Below, piece by piece: positions 1 through 8,750 of a stretch of DNA of 49,430 nt. The notes under the pieces were generated by a model. It was not told the origin of the DNA. It did not search any database and was given only the letters and a program-made list of their open reading frames with translations. The first letter of the stretch is position 1; each line of letters starts with the position of its first letter. The position numbers and the translations under genes are program-made. Source of the stretch: Candidatus Kaiserbacteria bacterium (lineage in GTDB: Bacteria > Patescibacteriota > Minisyncoccia > Phycocordibacterales > UBA918); NCBI GenBank assembly GCA_020428685.1, contig JAGQMJ010000002.1, forward strand, positions 1 through 49,430. Reading direction: 5' to 3'.

Positions 1-1
1 C

Positions 2-283
2 GAAGCGAACACGATCACCGTTGATCAAACCAAGCCTGCTCTACCAGCATCAAGCTCAACCAAGATCAGTAACTACATATTGCGTGAAGAGCTGACAATC
101 GGTGACACGGTCGAACTTCAAATCAGATACAGGCAAGAACCCTTCCGAGCCACCATTTTAAGTCTAGATAAGAACGGCATTGAGTTCACATCCACTGAAG
201 CTACCGAGAAGCCTGCTGTTGGTCAATCTGTAGTCATCTACCGCAAATCATTATGCTTGGGAGGAGGAATTGTTGAACAGTAA
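2..283 (+). CDS. mnmA: tRNA 2-thiouridine(34) synthase MnmA, C-terminal fragment (5' end outside window)
   Basis: The frame is open from nt 2. The C-terminus ...VGQSVVIYRKSLCLGGGIVEQ matches the conserved MnmA tail (GQxxVxY..CLGGGxI). Confidence 0.6.
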   Translation, partial: EANTITVDQTKPALPASSSTKISNYILREELTIGDTVELQIRYRQEPFRATILSLDKNGIEFTSTEATEKPAVGQSVVIYRKSLCLGGGIVEQ

Positions 284-302
284 ATTTTTGAAGCCACAAG
301 GA

Positions 303-311
303 TGTTACACT
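303..311 (+). promoter_or_regulatory. extended -10 promoter, TGtTACACT, 6 nt before ATG318 (leaderless layout)
   Basis: TG at 303-304, hexamer TACACT at 306-311, spacer tagtcc, then ATG at 318. No SD motif. Confidence 0.5.
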
Positions 312-317
312 TAGTCC

Positions 318-1160
318 ATGCACATCCAAATCACTAAAGCTGATGGTTCGACTGAGTTTTTTAAAGTTGAAAAACTGCGACGCTCTTTAAGACGAGCAGG
401 TGCAAACCCTGAAGAAATTAGTGAAATAATTGGAAAGATTGATGACCATCTGTATGACGGCATCCAAACCCAAGAAATATACCGCCAAGCCTTTGCCTTA
501 CTAAGAAACAGCCGACCGCCAGCGGCGGCTCGGTACTCACTCAGAAGAGCCTTGTTCAATCTAGGTCCAACTGGTTTTCCTTTTGAAAAATTCTTGGCTC
601 GACTTTTTGAAATGGATGGTTACACGACCAAAACGGGCATTATAATGCAAGGTAATTGCGCACCTCACGAAATCGACATCGCAGCCTACAAGAGTGATCA
701 CAGCTTTATTGGCGAGGCAAAGTTTCATTCCAGGCCAGGAGTAAAATCTGACCTACAAGTAGCAATGTATTCTTACGCTCGTTTGCTTGATTTAAAAAAT
801 GCCAAAATTTGTGAAGATGACGTTTGTGGAGTAAATGAATTCTGGCTAATCACAAACACAAAATTCACTTCAACAGCCGAAAATTATGGTAATTGTGTTG
901 GACTAAAAATGCTTAGTTGGGACTTTCCTAGAAACAACAACCTTCATGATAGAATCCAAAAAGCTGGAGTTTACCCTGTCTCAGTTTTACAAAGTATAAA
1001 TACTGCACAAATGGAGGCACTTATCGCAAGAGGTATAATTCTGTGTAGAGACATAGTGACACACCCTCAAGTTTTGAAGCATTTGCATCTGCCAAAAAGA
1101 AAATATGAGACTTTGATAGCTGAAGTTGAAGAAATCTGCAAGGTAAAGATAAATAAATAG
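318..1160 (+). CDS. ATP-cone domain fused to a PD-(D/E)xK (Mrr-like) restriction-endonuclease-fold domain
   Basis: The N-terminus MHIQITKADGSTEFFKVEKLRRSL..EIYRQAF resembles an NrdR/RNR-type ATP-cone. The middle FEKFLARLFEMDGYT..HEIDIAAYK..IGEAKF gives a D...E-x-K nuclease motif. The C-terminal ~65 aa look like a helical DNA-binding tail. Confidence 0.6.
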   Translation: MHIQITKADGSTEFFKVEKLRRSLRRAGANPEEISEIIGKIDDHLYDGIQTQEIYRQAFALLRNSRPPAAARYSLRRALFNLGPTGFPFEKFLARLFEMDGYTTKTGIIMQGNCAPHEIDIAAYKSDHSFIGEAKFHSRPGVKSDLQVAMYSYARLLDLKNAKICEDDVCGVNEFWLITNTKFTSTAENYGNCVGLKMLSWDFPRNNNLHDRIQKAGVYPVSVLQSINTAQMEALIARGIILCRDIVTHPQVLKHLHLPKRKYETLIAEVEEICKVKINK

Positions 1161-1206
1161 CCAGTTGAAAGTGCTGTTTTGTCAATGTTTGCACTGTTTT
1201 TTGCTG

Positions 1207-1215
1207 TGATATACT
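1207..1215 (+). promoter_or_regulatory. extended -10 promoter TGaTATACT (about 31-nt SD-less leader to ATG1253)
   Basis: TGaTATACT lies in the 92-nt intergenic region. No start codon sits at the predicted +1. Confidence 0.35.
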
Positions 1216-1252
1216 CACAATATTATTTAATTCAGCAATCATAAATTTTTGT

Positions 1253-1801
1253 ATGGCAGATGAAAAACAAGACGGACAGAAGACACTAGTAGCTTTTGTA
1301 GTCGGACTCCTTATCGGTGGAATCCTAGTGTGGGCATTTTCAGGTCCAACCACAGACACAGCCGAAATGAAATCAGAGAAGAAGCAAGATACAGAAGAAG
1401 TTGAAAAGGGAGCTAAGTCAGACAGTAAGGATGGTGAAGAATCAGAAGAAATGGAGGCAGAAGTTGCACCAGCACCTGTACTATCGGTTGGAGAAGGAGC
1501 AGTGGTTGTAAACGATCAGCCAGCTAGCGCATCAATTGTTCTAGATAGTGCTACATACCCAATCAGCGAAGGATGGATTGGTGTACGAGAATTCAACAAC
1601 GAACAGCTTGGTTTTATCCTTGGTGTTGTACGATTTAGTGAATCACAAGGTCTAGTGCCTTCTGAAATCACTCTACAGCGTTCAACTACAGCTGGAAATC
1701 AATACGCTATCGTTATCTTCACAGAGGACGGAGACTTTGATTTTAGTCTAGCGAACGACGTACAGATTGATACTGTATTCGACACATTCTCAGCTAAGTA
1801 A
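1253..1801 (+). CDS. N-terminally anchored membrane/secreted protein with acidic linker and C-terminal beta-rich domain (hypothetical)
   Basis: It has one TM segment (LVAFVVGLLIGGILVWAF), an E/K/D-rich linker and a terminator directly downstream. Confidence 0.6.
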   Translation: MADEKQDGQKTLVAFVVGLLIGGILVWAFSGPTTDTAEMKSEKKQDTEEVEKGAKSDSKDGEESEEMEAEVAPAPVLSVGEGAVVVNDQPASASIVLDSATYPISEGWIGVREFNNEQLGFILGVVRFSESQGLVPSEITLQRSTTAGNQYAIVIFTEDGDFDFSLANDVQIDTVFDTFSAK

Positions 1802-1815
1802 TGCTGATTTAAAAA

Positions 1816-1843
1816 GGCCCGGCGCGAAGCGTCGGGCCTTTTT
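1816..1843 (+). terminator. intrinsic terminator
   Basis: A 10-bp GC-rich stem (ggcccggcgc/gcgtcgggcc) with a GAA loop is followed by TTTTT. An A-tract lies upstream. Confidence 0.8.
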
Positions 1844-1861
1844 AAATCCCAAACCCAACAA

Positions 1862-1870
1862 TGTTATACT
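1862..1870 (+). promoter_or_regulatory. extended -10 promoter TGtTATACT, 8 nt before ATG1879
   Basis: TGtTATACT, spacer aatcaaat, then ATG. No SD motif. Confidence 0.5.
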
Positions 1871-1878
1871 AATCAAAT

Positions 1879-2664
1879 ATGGCTGAATATAAATATAAAT
1901 ATAATCCGAACCGATCTTCTGAATGGAACTACGGTGGAGCAAAATGGAAACTTTCTCGCTCAAAGATTGATTTCTTTATGGAGTGTGAACGCTGCTTTTA
2001 CGCAGACAATGTACTCGGTACCAAGCGTCCTGGCTTTCCATCCTTCAATCTAAACATCGCTGTCGATGAATTATTTAAAAAAGAATTTGATGTACATCGA
2101 CTAGCACAAACACCACACCCAATAATGACTGAGTATGGCGTAAAAGCAGTACCATTTCAGCATAAGGATATGGAAACCTGGCGCGATCCTTTTGTGGGCA
2201 TTACTCACAAGCATGAGCCTACAGGACTAATCATCAGCGGAGGAGTTGACGATATTTGGGTCACACCAGAAAACAAACTCATTATCGTAGACTACAAATC
2301 CACTTCAAAAGAAGGAAAAATTGAAAAACTTGGTGATACTCCCTGGGAACAGCAGTACACCAGACAGCTAGGAATTTATCGCTGGTTACTTGAAAAGAAC
2401 GGCTTTGAGGTTGAAGAGACCGGCTATCTTGTTTATGCCAATGCCGACAAAGACCTTCCTGAATTCGGCAACCAGCTACAGTTTGAAACCACCCTTGTCC
2501 CGGTGCAAACTTCAGTCGACTGGATAGAAGAAACCCTTAGCGACATTAAAAAGTGTTTAGACAGAAAGGACTTGCCACCAATCGGCGAAAACTGTGAATT
2601 TTGTCCTTATCGTGAAGCAGTCGGCAAGAAATTCTTTGCCATTCACCAACAAACCAAAAAATAA
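1879..2664 (+). CDS. PD-(D/E)XK nuclease, Cas4/RecB-like, with four-Cys (putative Fe-S) arrangement
   Basis: It carries GGVDDIW...IIVDYKST (D..D-x-K), a QLGIYRWLL (QxxxY) motif, an N-terminal CERC and a C-terminal CEFCPYR. Confidence 0.65.
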   Translation: MAEYKYKYNPNRSSEWNYGGAKWKLSRSKIDFFMECERCFYADNVLGTKRPGFPSFNLNIAVDELFKKEFDVHRLAQTPHPIMTEYGVKAVPFQHKDMETWRDPFVGITHKHEPTGLIISGGVDDIWVTPENKLIIVDYKSTSKEGKIEKLGDTPWEQQYTRQLGIYRWLLEKNGFEVEETGYLVYANADKDLPEFGNQLQFETTLVPVQTSVDWIEETLSDIKKCLDRKDLPPIGENCEFCPYREAVGKKFFAIHQQTKK

Positions 2665-2665
2665 C

Positions 2666-2923
2666 ATGAGTGATTTTACCAGCACAGTAAAAGAGATTGT
2701 GAGCAAAATACCGGCTGGTAGCACCCTATCCTATGGCGAAGTAGCCGCTCGGGCTGGCAATCCAAAAGCAGCTAGAGCGGTCGCCAATATTATGGCTAGT
2801 AACTACGATGCTAAAGTCCCTTGCCACAGAGTCATCAGGTCTGACGGTAAAGTAGGCGGTTATAATCGTGGCGGTGAGCAGGTGAAAAAGCAGCTCTTGG
2901 TAAAAGAAGGTGCGGTATTATAA
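2666..2923 (+). CDS. MGMT-family protein (single DNA-binding/alkyl-acceptor domain, Cys retained)
   Basis: PCHRVIRSDGKVGGY is the active-site motif. The start is set at ATG2666, because the longer ORF from 2594 overlaps the upstream gene. Confidence 0.75.
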   Translation: MSDFTSTVKEIVSKIPAGSTLSYGEVAARAGNPKAARAVANIMASNYDAKVPCHRVIRSDGKVGGYNRGGEQVKKQLLVKEGAVL

Positions 2924-2927
2924 TTGT

Positions 2928-3200
2928 ATGCAGTACGATTTTGAACTAAGGCAGTTAGAAAACAAACTAAGACAACTCCAGCAAGAGAGTTCGCAGATCT
3001 TATCTTCTGAATCAAGCAATAAGCGCAATGAAGAAATTGACATTGAACGCATACGGCGAGATTACGACATGAAGAGGAGAGAATTACTTTCAAGACACCA
3101 AAGAACACAGACTGACATACGAGACACTGAGAGAAAAATCGAGACCATAAAGCACAAAAACGAAGAGGAGAGCCGCAATCAGAACCAAAACCGATATTAA
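2928..3200 (+). CDS. hypothetical coiled-coil protein, highly charged
   Basis: The ORF has heptad-like R/E/K/Q-rich sequence and no recognisable family. The start is ambiguous (GTG2910 or ATG2928). Confidence 0.4.
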   Translation: MQYDFELRQLENKLRQLQQESSQILSSESSNKRNEEIDIERIRRDYDMKRRELLSRHQRTQTDIRDTERKIETIKHKNEEESRNQNQNRY

Positions 3201-3211
3201 CATCACCAAAC

Positions 3212-3808
3212 ATGTATACCTACAAAGTCGAACAAGCGATTAAAGCCGCCGCTCTATTACACCAAGACCAACTACGCAAGGGCTCTGTTGGCTTGCCGTA
3301 CATCACTCATCTGGTGGCCGTTTTGCTAATTTTACGTGACTACACAGATGATGAAGACACACTGGTAGCTGCGCTCTTGCACGACACGATTGAGGACACA
3401 GACTACACCATGGAGGAAATAGAGATTGATTTTGGTCGAAAGGTGGCCATCTATGTTGACGCCTTGACCGAAAAACAGCACGACAAAGACATTAAAATCC
3501 CATGGATTGACGTAAAGAAGAACTACGCCAAGGGATTGAGAAAGGCTCCGAAGGAAGCCGTGATGATTGCAGCTGCCGACAAATCTCACAATTTCCGAGC
3601 CATAGTAGACGAGTACTTCGATGACCACAATGGATTCATAAAAGACTTTGGCCCTTATCTTGACAGTCGCCTAGAAGCCTATCAGTGTATCGCAAACGCT
3701 ATCAACAGCCGACTAGCTGATGGTATAGTTCACGAGTTCAATCACACATTTCAAGCCTATAAAAACTTTATTTTAGATGTCCAAAAAACCCTCACCAACA
3801 AACAGTAG
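3212..3808 (+). CDS. HD-domain hydrolase, RelA/SpoT-type (small alarmone hydrolase-like)
   Basis: YITHLVAV...ALLHDTIEDT matches the SpoT-type HD signature. Confidence 0.7.
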   Translation: MYTYKVEQAIKAAALLHQDQLRKGSVGLPYITHLVAVLLILRDYTDDEDTLVAALLHDTIEDTDYTMEEIEIDFGRKVAIYVDALTEKQHDKDIKIPWIDVKKNYAKGLRKAPKEAVMIAAADKSHNFRAIVDEYFDDHNGFIKDFGPYLDSRLEAYQCIANAINSRLADGIVHEFNHTFQAYKNFILDVQKTLTNKQ

Positions 3809-5099
3809 GAAGTCACCAGTAGCAGGTATAGAATTCGTCTCAGAAGCAGCTGGAGTTGAAGAATATTTATTGAAGTCAAATGGACTTCGGATACTTTTTC
3901 ATGAGCGTAGAGATACTGATGTAGTGACAACCAACATCACATATTTTGTTGGAGCTCGTGATGAAGAAAGAGGTGAAACAGGTCTGGCTCATATGCTTGA
4001 GCATATGCTTTTTAAGCCGACCGCTAATGACCTCAAAAATAAAATCGAGGATGGGAGCGCTATGCGTTTTGAGCGCGAAACTGGATGCATCTTAAATGCC
4101 AACACCTGGAAAGACCGTACTACTTACTTCTTCTGTAGTCCGACTGAGCATTTAGACAGGATGCTGGCTCTTGAAGCAGACCGGATGCAAAACGTAGTTT
4201 TGACGGACGAAACCCTGAAGCCTGAGCAGGGCAATGTCCTTAGTGAGTTCGACATGTATGGTGGTAGACCTGACTTTACCTTGGCGGTACAGATGGTGAA
4301 TTCTGCTTTTCACTCTCATCCTTATGGGCACGAAACCATTGGTTTTCGAGAGGATATTGAGGATTACAACGCCGAAAAATTACAGAGATTTTACAAAAAT
4401 TACTATCGACCAGACAACGCTGTCATGATGGTAGTCGGCGATGTAGACAAGAAGCTGGCACTGGAACTAATCAAAAAGCACTTTGCTGAACTAAAGAATC
4501 CCGCCACGCCAATACCACGCTTTTCAATCCGTGAACCCAAACAAGAGGGCATGCGTCGTGTTACAGTCGAAAGACCATCTACTACCAACCTAGTGTCAAT
4601 TGGCTTTAAGCACGAAGGCTTTCCATCGCATGATTGGTTTGTAAATGACTTAATGCTAGACACACTCACTTCCGGCCCAGAGAGTATCTTACATAAACTT
4701 CTAGTAGACACAGGCAAAGCTTCGTCTGTAGCAAGCTCTATGGACCCTTCATCCCACTCTAGCCTCGGCGTCATAGAAATCAGCCTAGCTCAAGGACAAT
4801 CCCACAGCGAAATCGAACATCTGACCCTTCGAGCCATAGAGTCGCTTACACTAAAAGAAATCACGCCATTACTAAAAAAGGCCAAGATTAGAAACATCAC
4901 AGATGAGCTTTTTGCTCGTACAAGCTCAATGCATATCGCTCAAGAATTGACCGAATACGTTTCCGCCGGTGACTGGAACGTCTATGCAAAAACAACCGAA
5001 ATCCTCAATAAAGTATCCCCCAAAATGGTGCTTGATAGTCTCAAAAAATCATTTAACAGCCACAATCTAACAATCGGCCACTTTGTTGGAACAAAATAG
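3777..5099 (+). CDS. M16 (pitrilysin/insulinase) family zinc peptidase, catalytic subunit
   Basis: It carries the HMLEHMLF (HxxEH) zinc motif. It overlaps the upstream gene by 32 nt. Confidence 0.8.
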   Translation: MSKKPSPTNSRKSPVAGIEFVSEAAGVEEYLLKSNGLRILFHERRDTDVVTTNITYFVGARDEERGETGLAHMLEHMLFKPTANDLKNKIEDGSAMRFERETGCILNANTWKDRTTYFFCSPTEHLDRMLALEADRMQNVVLTDETLKPEQGNVLSEFDMYGGRPDFTLAVQMVNSAFHSHPYGHETIGFREDIEDYNAEKLQRFYKNYYRPDNAVMMVVGDVDKKLALELIKKHFAELKNPATPIPRFSIREPKQEGMRRVTVERPSTTNLVSIGFKHEGFPSHDWFVNDLMLDTLTSGPESILHKLLVDTGKASSVASSMDPSSHSSLGVIEISLAQGQSHSEIEHLTLRAIESLTLKEITPLLKKAKIRNITDELFARTSSMHIAQELTEYVSAGDWNVYAKTTEILNKVSPKMVLDSLKKSFNSHNLTIGHFVGTK

Positions 5100-5100
5100 T

Positions 5101-6390
5101 ATGAAATTTGAAATCAAGCCAAACAGCACATATTCCTTAGCTTCAATCACTGAAAAAAAGAGTGAGATAGTTTCTGCCGTAATTACCATAGACACTCACG
5201 AAGAGCGGACGATTGCTGATCAGGCTGTCGAGCTGGTTTATACAGACGCACTTATCTCTGGAGACGGTAAGCATACGAGAGCAGAGTTCATTAACGCCGT
5301 AAACCTACTCGGCGCTTCTATCGATGTAAGTATTGGAAACAGTCATCTCTCAGTTGACTTGAGATCTACAAAACAAAACTTCAAAAAGCTACTGAAGCTG
5401 GCTGAGACAATGTTCTTGTCTCCAACCTTTACAAAATCAGAAATTGCCAGAATAAAATCAATAGTAGCCAACGACCTTCATGAAAGCAAAGAAAATACAG
5501 CCAAGACTTCACTCGACACACTACGCAACACTTTATACGGCTTTAATGATAGAAAATACACCTACGATGTTGATGAAACTGCTTCCGTAGTAAAGACAGT
5601 TTCAGCCAAGCACCTCAAATCCTTTCACGCTCTAGTACTATCTCAACCTTGGACATGTACCATCGCTGGAGAAGAAAGTGCTATAAAGGATTTTGGTAAA
5701 TTTGTAGACACCATTAAAAAGAAGCAGTCTCCGACCAATGAAAGTAAGTCTTTGCACCAACAAAAACCACCAAAATCCGCCGTCATCCTAAGAGATGTAC
5801 CTAGTCGAACCAATATTGACCTTAGTATTGGTGCACCAATCCCAATCACTCTTCATCACCCAGACTACATTCCGCTAAGTTTTGCGATTACAGTACTGGC
5901 CAAATGGGGAGGTTTTTCAGGCATACTCATGAGTACAGTTCGTGACAAAGAGGGGCTAACATATACGATTTATGGCCGTCTGGAAGGCTTTTCTGGTACC
6001 GAACAAGGCTATTGGCGAATATTTACTTTCTTTTCTCCAGATAAAACCGTTCAAGGAATAACTTCGACTTTTAGAGAGATTTCAAAGTTTTACAAAACCG
6101 GCATCAATCAAGAGCAATTCGATAAATTCAAAACCATCATCAACACTCAGCAAGCACTTGTAAAAGATTCAGTCACCGGTCTGATGATGGATTTGCATGC
6201 GTACCATTGTCATGGATTTACTATTGAAGAAATGAACGCTCACAAAAACAAAGTTAACGACCTCACCATAGACGAGGTAAATAATGCGATTAAGAGTTAT
6301 CTCAATCCAAAAGATTTGACCGTCTGTGGAACTGGTCCAATCAAGACTGTTAAGAAGGAACTAGAAAAATTCATTAAAACCGTGCAATAA
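5101..6390 (+). CDS. M16 family peptidase-like protein lacking HxxEH (non-catalytic partner)
   Basis: Its size and position directly after the catalytic M16 gene fit a partner subunit, and it has no HxxEH motif. ATG5101 lies 1 nt after the upstream stop codon. Confidence 0.65.
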   Translation: MKFEIKPNSTYSLASITEKKSEIVSAVITIDTHEERTIADQAVELVYTDALISGDGKHTRAEFINAVNLLGASIDVSIGNSHLSVDLRSTKQNFKKLLKLAETMFLSPTFTKSEIARIKSIVANDLHESKENTAKTSLDTLRNTLYGFNDRKYTYDVDETASVVKTVSAKHLKSFHALVLSQPWTCTIAGEESAIKDFGKFVDTIKKKQSPTNESKSLHQQKPPKSAVILRDVPSRTNIDLSIGAPIPITLHHPDYIPLSFAITVLAKWGGFSGILMSTVRDKEGLTYTIYGRLEGFSGTEQGYWRIFTFFSPDKTVQGITSTFREISKFYKTGINQEQFDKFKTIINTQQALVKDSVTGLMMDLHAYHCHGFTIEEMNAHKNKVNDLTIDEVNNAIKSYLNPKDLTVCGTGPIKTVKKELEKFIKTVQ

Positions 6391-6391
6391 T
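6383..6391 (+). promoter_or_regulatory. extended -10-like element TGcAATAAT, 6 nt before ATG6398
   Basis: TGcAATAAT, spacer actatt, then ATG. It overlaps the stop codon of the upstream gene. Confidence 0.4.
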
Positions 6392-6397
6392 ACTATT

Positions 6398-6673
6398 ATG
6401 AATTTACTTTTCTGGGGCCTAACCATAAGCATGCTTGGCAAAGTGCTGCTTACAATTGGAGTTTTGATTGCACACACCGAACTCGCTCACGAAAGAAAGA
6501 TAGACAAGCTTGTTTTAAAGAGTTTTCGCATTGAACATTCACTCACTATCGCTGGATTATTCTTCATAGTTGCTGGCTATGCCATGGAAATATACTTCTA
6601 CGATTTCGTTTCTATGTTGACCTGCTTTGGTAGTGACTGCGCTTTGTCTGCAGCCGCTTTTCTGTCGCAATAG
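6398..6673 (+). CDS. small integral membrane protein (hypothetical)
   Basis: It is 91 aa with two to three hydrophobic segments. Confidence 0.5.
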   Translation: MNLLFWGLTISMLGKVLLTIGVLIAHTELAHERKIDKLVLKSFRIEHSLTIAGLFFIVAGYAMEIYFYDFVSMLTCFGSDCALSAAAFLSQ

Positions 6674-6742
6674 ACCCGCACTGGACGCTCAGGGTATATT
6701 TGCTATATTCTTAGATGATTAATTACAATTTAAGTTATTACT

Positions 6743-8686
6743 ATGACTGGGAATGATATCCGCAAGAAGTATTTAGATTTTATGGCTAGCAAAGGCCATG
6801 CGGTTATTCCTTCGTCGGCGCTTGTACCTGACAATGACCCGACGACTCTCTTCACCGGAAGCGGTATGCAGCCGATGGTTCCTTATCTGCTAGGTGAAAC
6901 TCACCCGAAAGGCGTGCGTGTAACAGATTCACAAAAGTGTTTTAGAGCCGATGATATCGAAGAAGTAGGCGACAACCGTCACACCACTTTCTTTGAAATG
7001 CTTGGAAACTGGTCTTTTGGAGATTATTTCAAAGGGGAGCAAATCAACTGGATGTTTGAATTTTTAGTTGATGAATTAAAGCTTGACCCTAAAAACATCT
7101 ACATCACAGCTTTTGGTGGCGATGAAAAAGCTGGTATACCAATCGATGAAGAAGCACCGAAAATCTGGCAAGAACTATTCGCCACAAAGGGTATCGAAGC
7201 AAAAGTAGCCAACATCGGCAGTGAAACTGACGGTTACGAAAAGGGGATGGGCGATGGTGAAAGAATCTTTTACTATGACTCCAAGAAAAACTGGTGGAGC
7301 AGGGCCGGCGTACCAGCCAACATGCCCGCTGGAGAGCCAGGTGGTCCAGACTCAGAGATGTTTTATGATTTTGGTACTCCACATGACCCTAAATGGGGGG
7401 AGCATTGTCACCCAAACTGTGACTGTGGACGCTTCGTCGAAATTGGCAACAACGTTTTCATGCAATACGTCAAACAAACTGACGGCTCTTTCGTCGAACT
7501 TGAAAACAAAAACATCGACTTCGGTGGTGGACTAGAGCGTATGGCGGCTGCAGTCAACGGCGACAGTGATGTTTTCAAGATCCCCGAATTCTGGAATGTA
7601 ATAGAACAAATCCAAACCCTATCAGGCAAAAAATACGAGGATAACCTTGAGGCTTTTAGAGTTATCACCGACCACATCCGCGGAGCGGTATTTATGATTG
7701 GCGACGGGATCACCCCGAGCAATAGTGAACAAGGCTACTTCGTCAGAAGATTGCTGCGTCGAGCGATACGTTACTCAGACATTCTAGAAATTCCAGCTGG
7801 TGAGATGAAGAATCTAGCCGAAAGCGTTATTGCGAAATACCAAAATCACTACACTATCCTTGAAGACAAGCGAGAGGAGATAAAAGCCGCAATCGCAACT
7901 GAAGAAGAGCAGTTCCGAAAGACTTTAGAGAACGGACTGAAACAGTTCAACAAAATTTCCTTGCAAGTTCATGTCGAAACCAAAATGGAAGATGGTAAGA
8001 AGGTAATCGACAAGAGCAAGCCGCCAGTTTCAATAAAGTCCATCAGCGCGCAAAACGCTTTTGATTTATTCACCACTTATGGTTTCCCAATTGAACTAAC
8101 AGAAGAAATCGCTGCCGAAAAAGGTTTGGTGGTGGACAAAACTGGCTTTGAAGCCTTGATGGCTGAACACCGAGAAAAATCTCGCGCTGGGTCCGAACAG
8201 AAGTTTAAAGGGGGATTGGCAGACAATTCAGAAATTGTAGTCCAGTACCACACCTCAACCCACCTGATGTTGGCAGCACTTCGGCATTTCTTGGGAGAAC
8301 ATATCCACCAAGCCGGCTCAAACATCACTGCCGAAAGAATGCGCTTTGACTTCACTCACCCAGAAAAAGTCGAACGAGAAACCTTAGACAAGATTGAAGA
8401 TTGGGTAAACAACGCCATCAAAACCGGCGGGGAAGTCACCATCGAAACCATGCCGAAAACACAGGCCGAAAACGACCCAACCGTAGAAGGCAGCTTCTGG
8501 GACAGATACCCTGACGAGGTAAAAGTCTATACCGTAAGAGGTAACGACGGCACTATTTTCTCACGAGAACTCTGTGGTGGCCCACACGTAGAGAAAATCG
8601 AAGACATAAAAGGAGCATTCAAAATCAAAAAAGAAGAGTCTTCATCTGCAGGAGTAAGACGCATAAAGGCGGTTTTGGAAAACTAG
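6743..8686 (+). CDS. alaS: alanine--tRNA ligase, short form lacking the C-Ala domain
   Basis: The class II AlaRS N-terminus is present (IRKKYLDFMASKGH, FTGSGMQ, FEMLGNWSFGDYFK). The editing-domain motifs HTSTHLM and CGGPHV are present. The protein ends at ...SAGVRRIKAVLEN at 647 aa. Confidence 0.95.
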   Translation: MTGNDIRKKYLDFMASKGHAVIPSSALVPDNDPTTLFTGSGMQPMVPYLLGETHPKGVRVTDSQKCFRADDIEEVGDNRHTTFFEMLGNWSFGDYFKGEQINWMFEFLVDELKLDPKNIYITAFGGDEKAGIPIDEEAPKIWQELFATKGIEAKVANIGSETDGYEKGMGDGERIFYYDSKKNWWSRAGVPANMPAGEPGGPDSEMFYDFGTPHDPKWGEHCHPNCDCGRFVEIGNNVFMQYVKQTDGSFVELENKNIDFGGGLERMAAAVNGDSDVFKIPEFWNVIEQIQTLSGKKYEDNLEAFRVITDHIRGAVFMIGDGITPSNSEQGYFVRRLLRRAIRYSDILEIPAGEMKNLAESVIAKYQNHYTILEDKREEIKAAIATEEEQFRKTLENGLKQFNKISLQVHVETKMEDGKKVIDKSKPPVSIKSISAQNAFDLFTTYGFPIELTEEIAAEKGLVVDKTGFEALMAEHREKSRAGSEQKFKGGLADNSEIVVQYHTSTHLMLAALRHFLGEHIHQAGSNITAERMRFDFTHPEKVERETLDKIEDWVNNAIKTGGEVTIETMPKTQAENDPTVEGSFWDRYPDEVKVYTVRGNDGTIFSRELCGGPHVEKIEDIKGAFKIKKEESSSAGVRRIKAVLEN

Positions 8687-8700
8687 ATATCCACGCCAAG

Positions 8701-8734
8701 AGGCCCGTTGCTTTTAATAAAAAGCAACGGGCCT
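8701..8734 (+). terminator. long hairpin / probable terminator after alaS
   Basis: aggcccgttgctttt and aaaagcaacgggcct form a 15-bp stem. The downstream T-tract is weak. Confidence 0.5.
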
Positions 8735-8735
8735 C

Positions 8736-8744
8736 TGTTATAAT
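8736..8744 (+). promoter_or_regulatory. extended -10 promoter TGtTATAAT, 6 nt before ATG8751
   Basis: TGtTATAAT, spacer caatac, then ATG. No SD motif. Confidence 0.55.
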
Positions 8745-8750
8745 CAATAC

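Noticed and set aside
2594-2665. 5' extensions of track ORFs at 2594, 5083, 23040, 27731, 34652, 36876, 39648, 43294 and 20363.
   Set aside because: The extensions overlap the preceding gene or use TTG/GTG where an in-frame ATG coincides with the start of the conserved protein. The shorter coordinates are reported instead.
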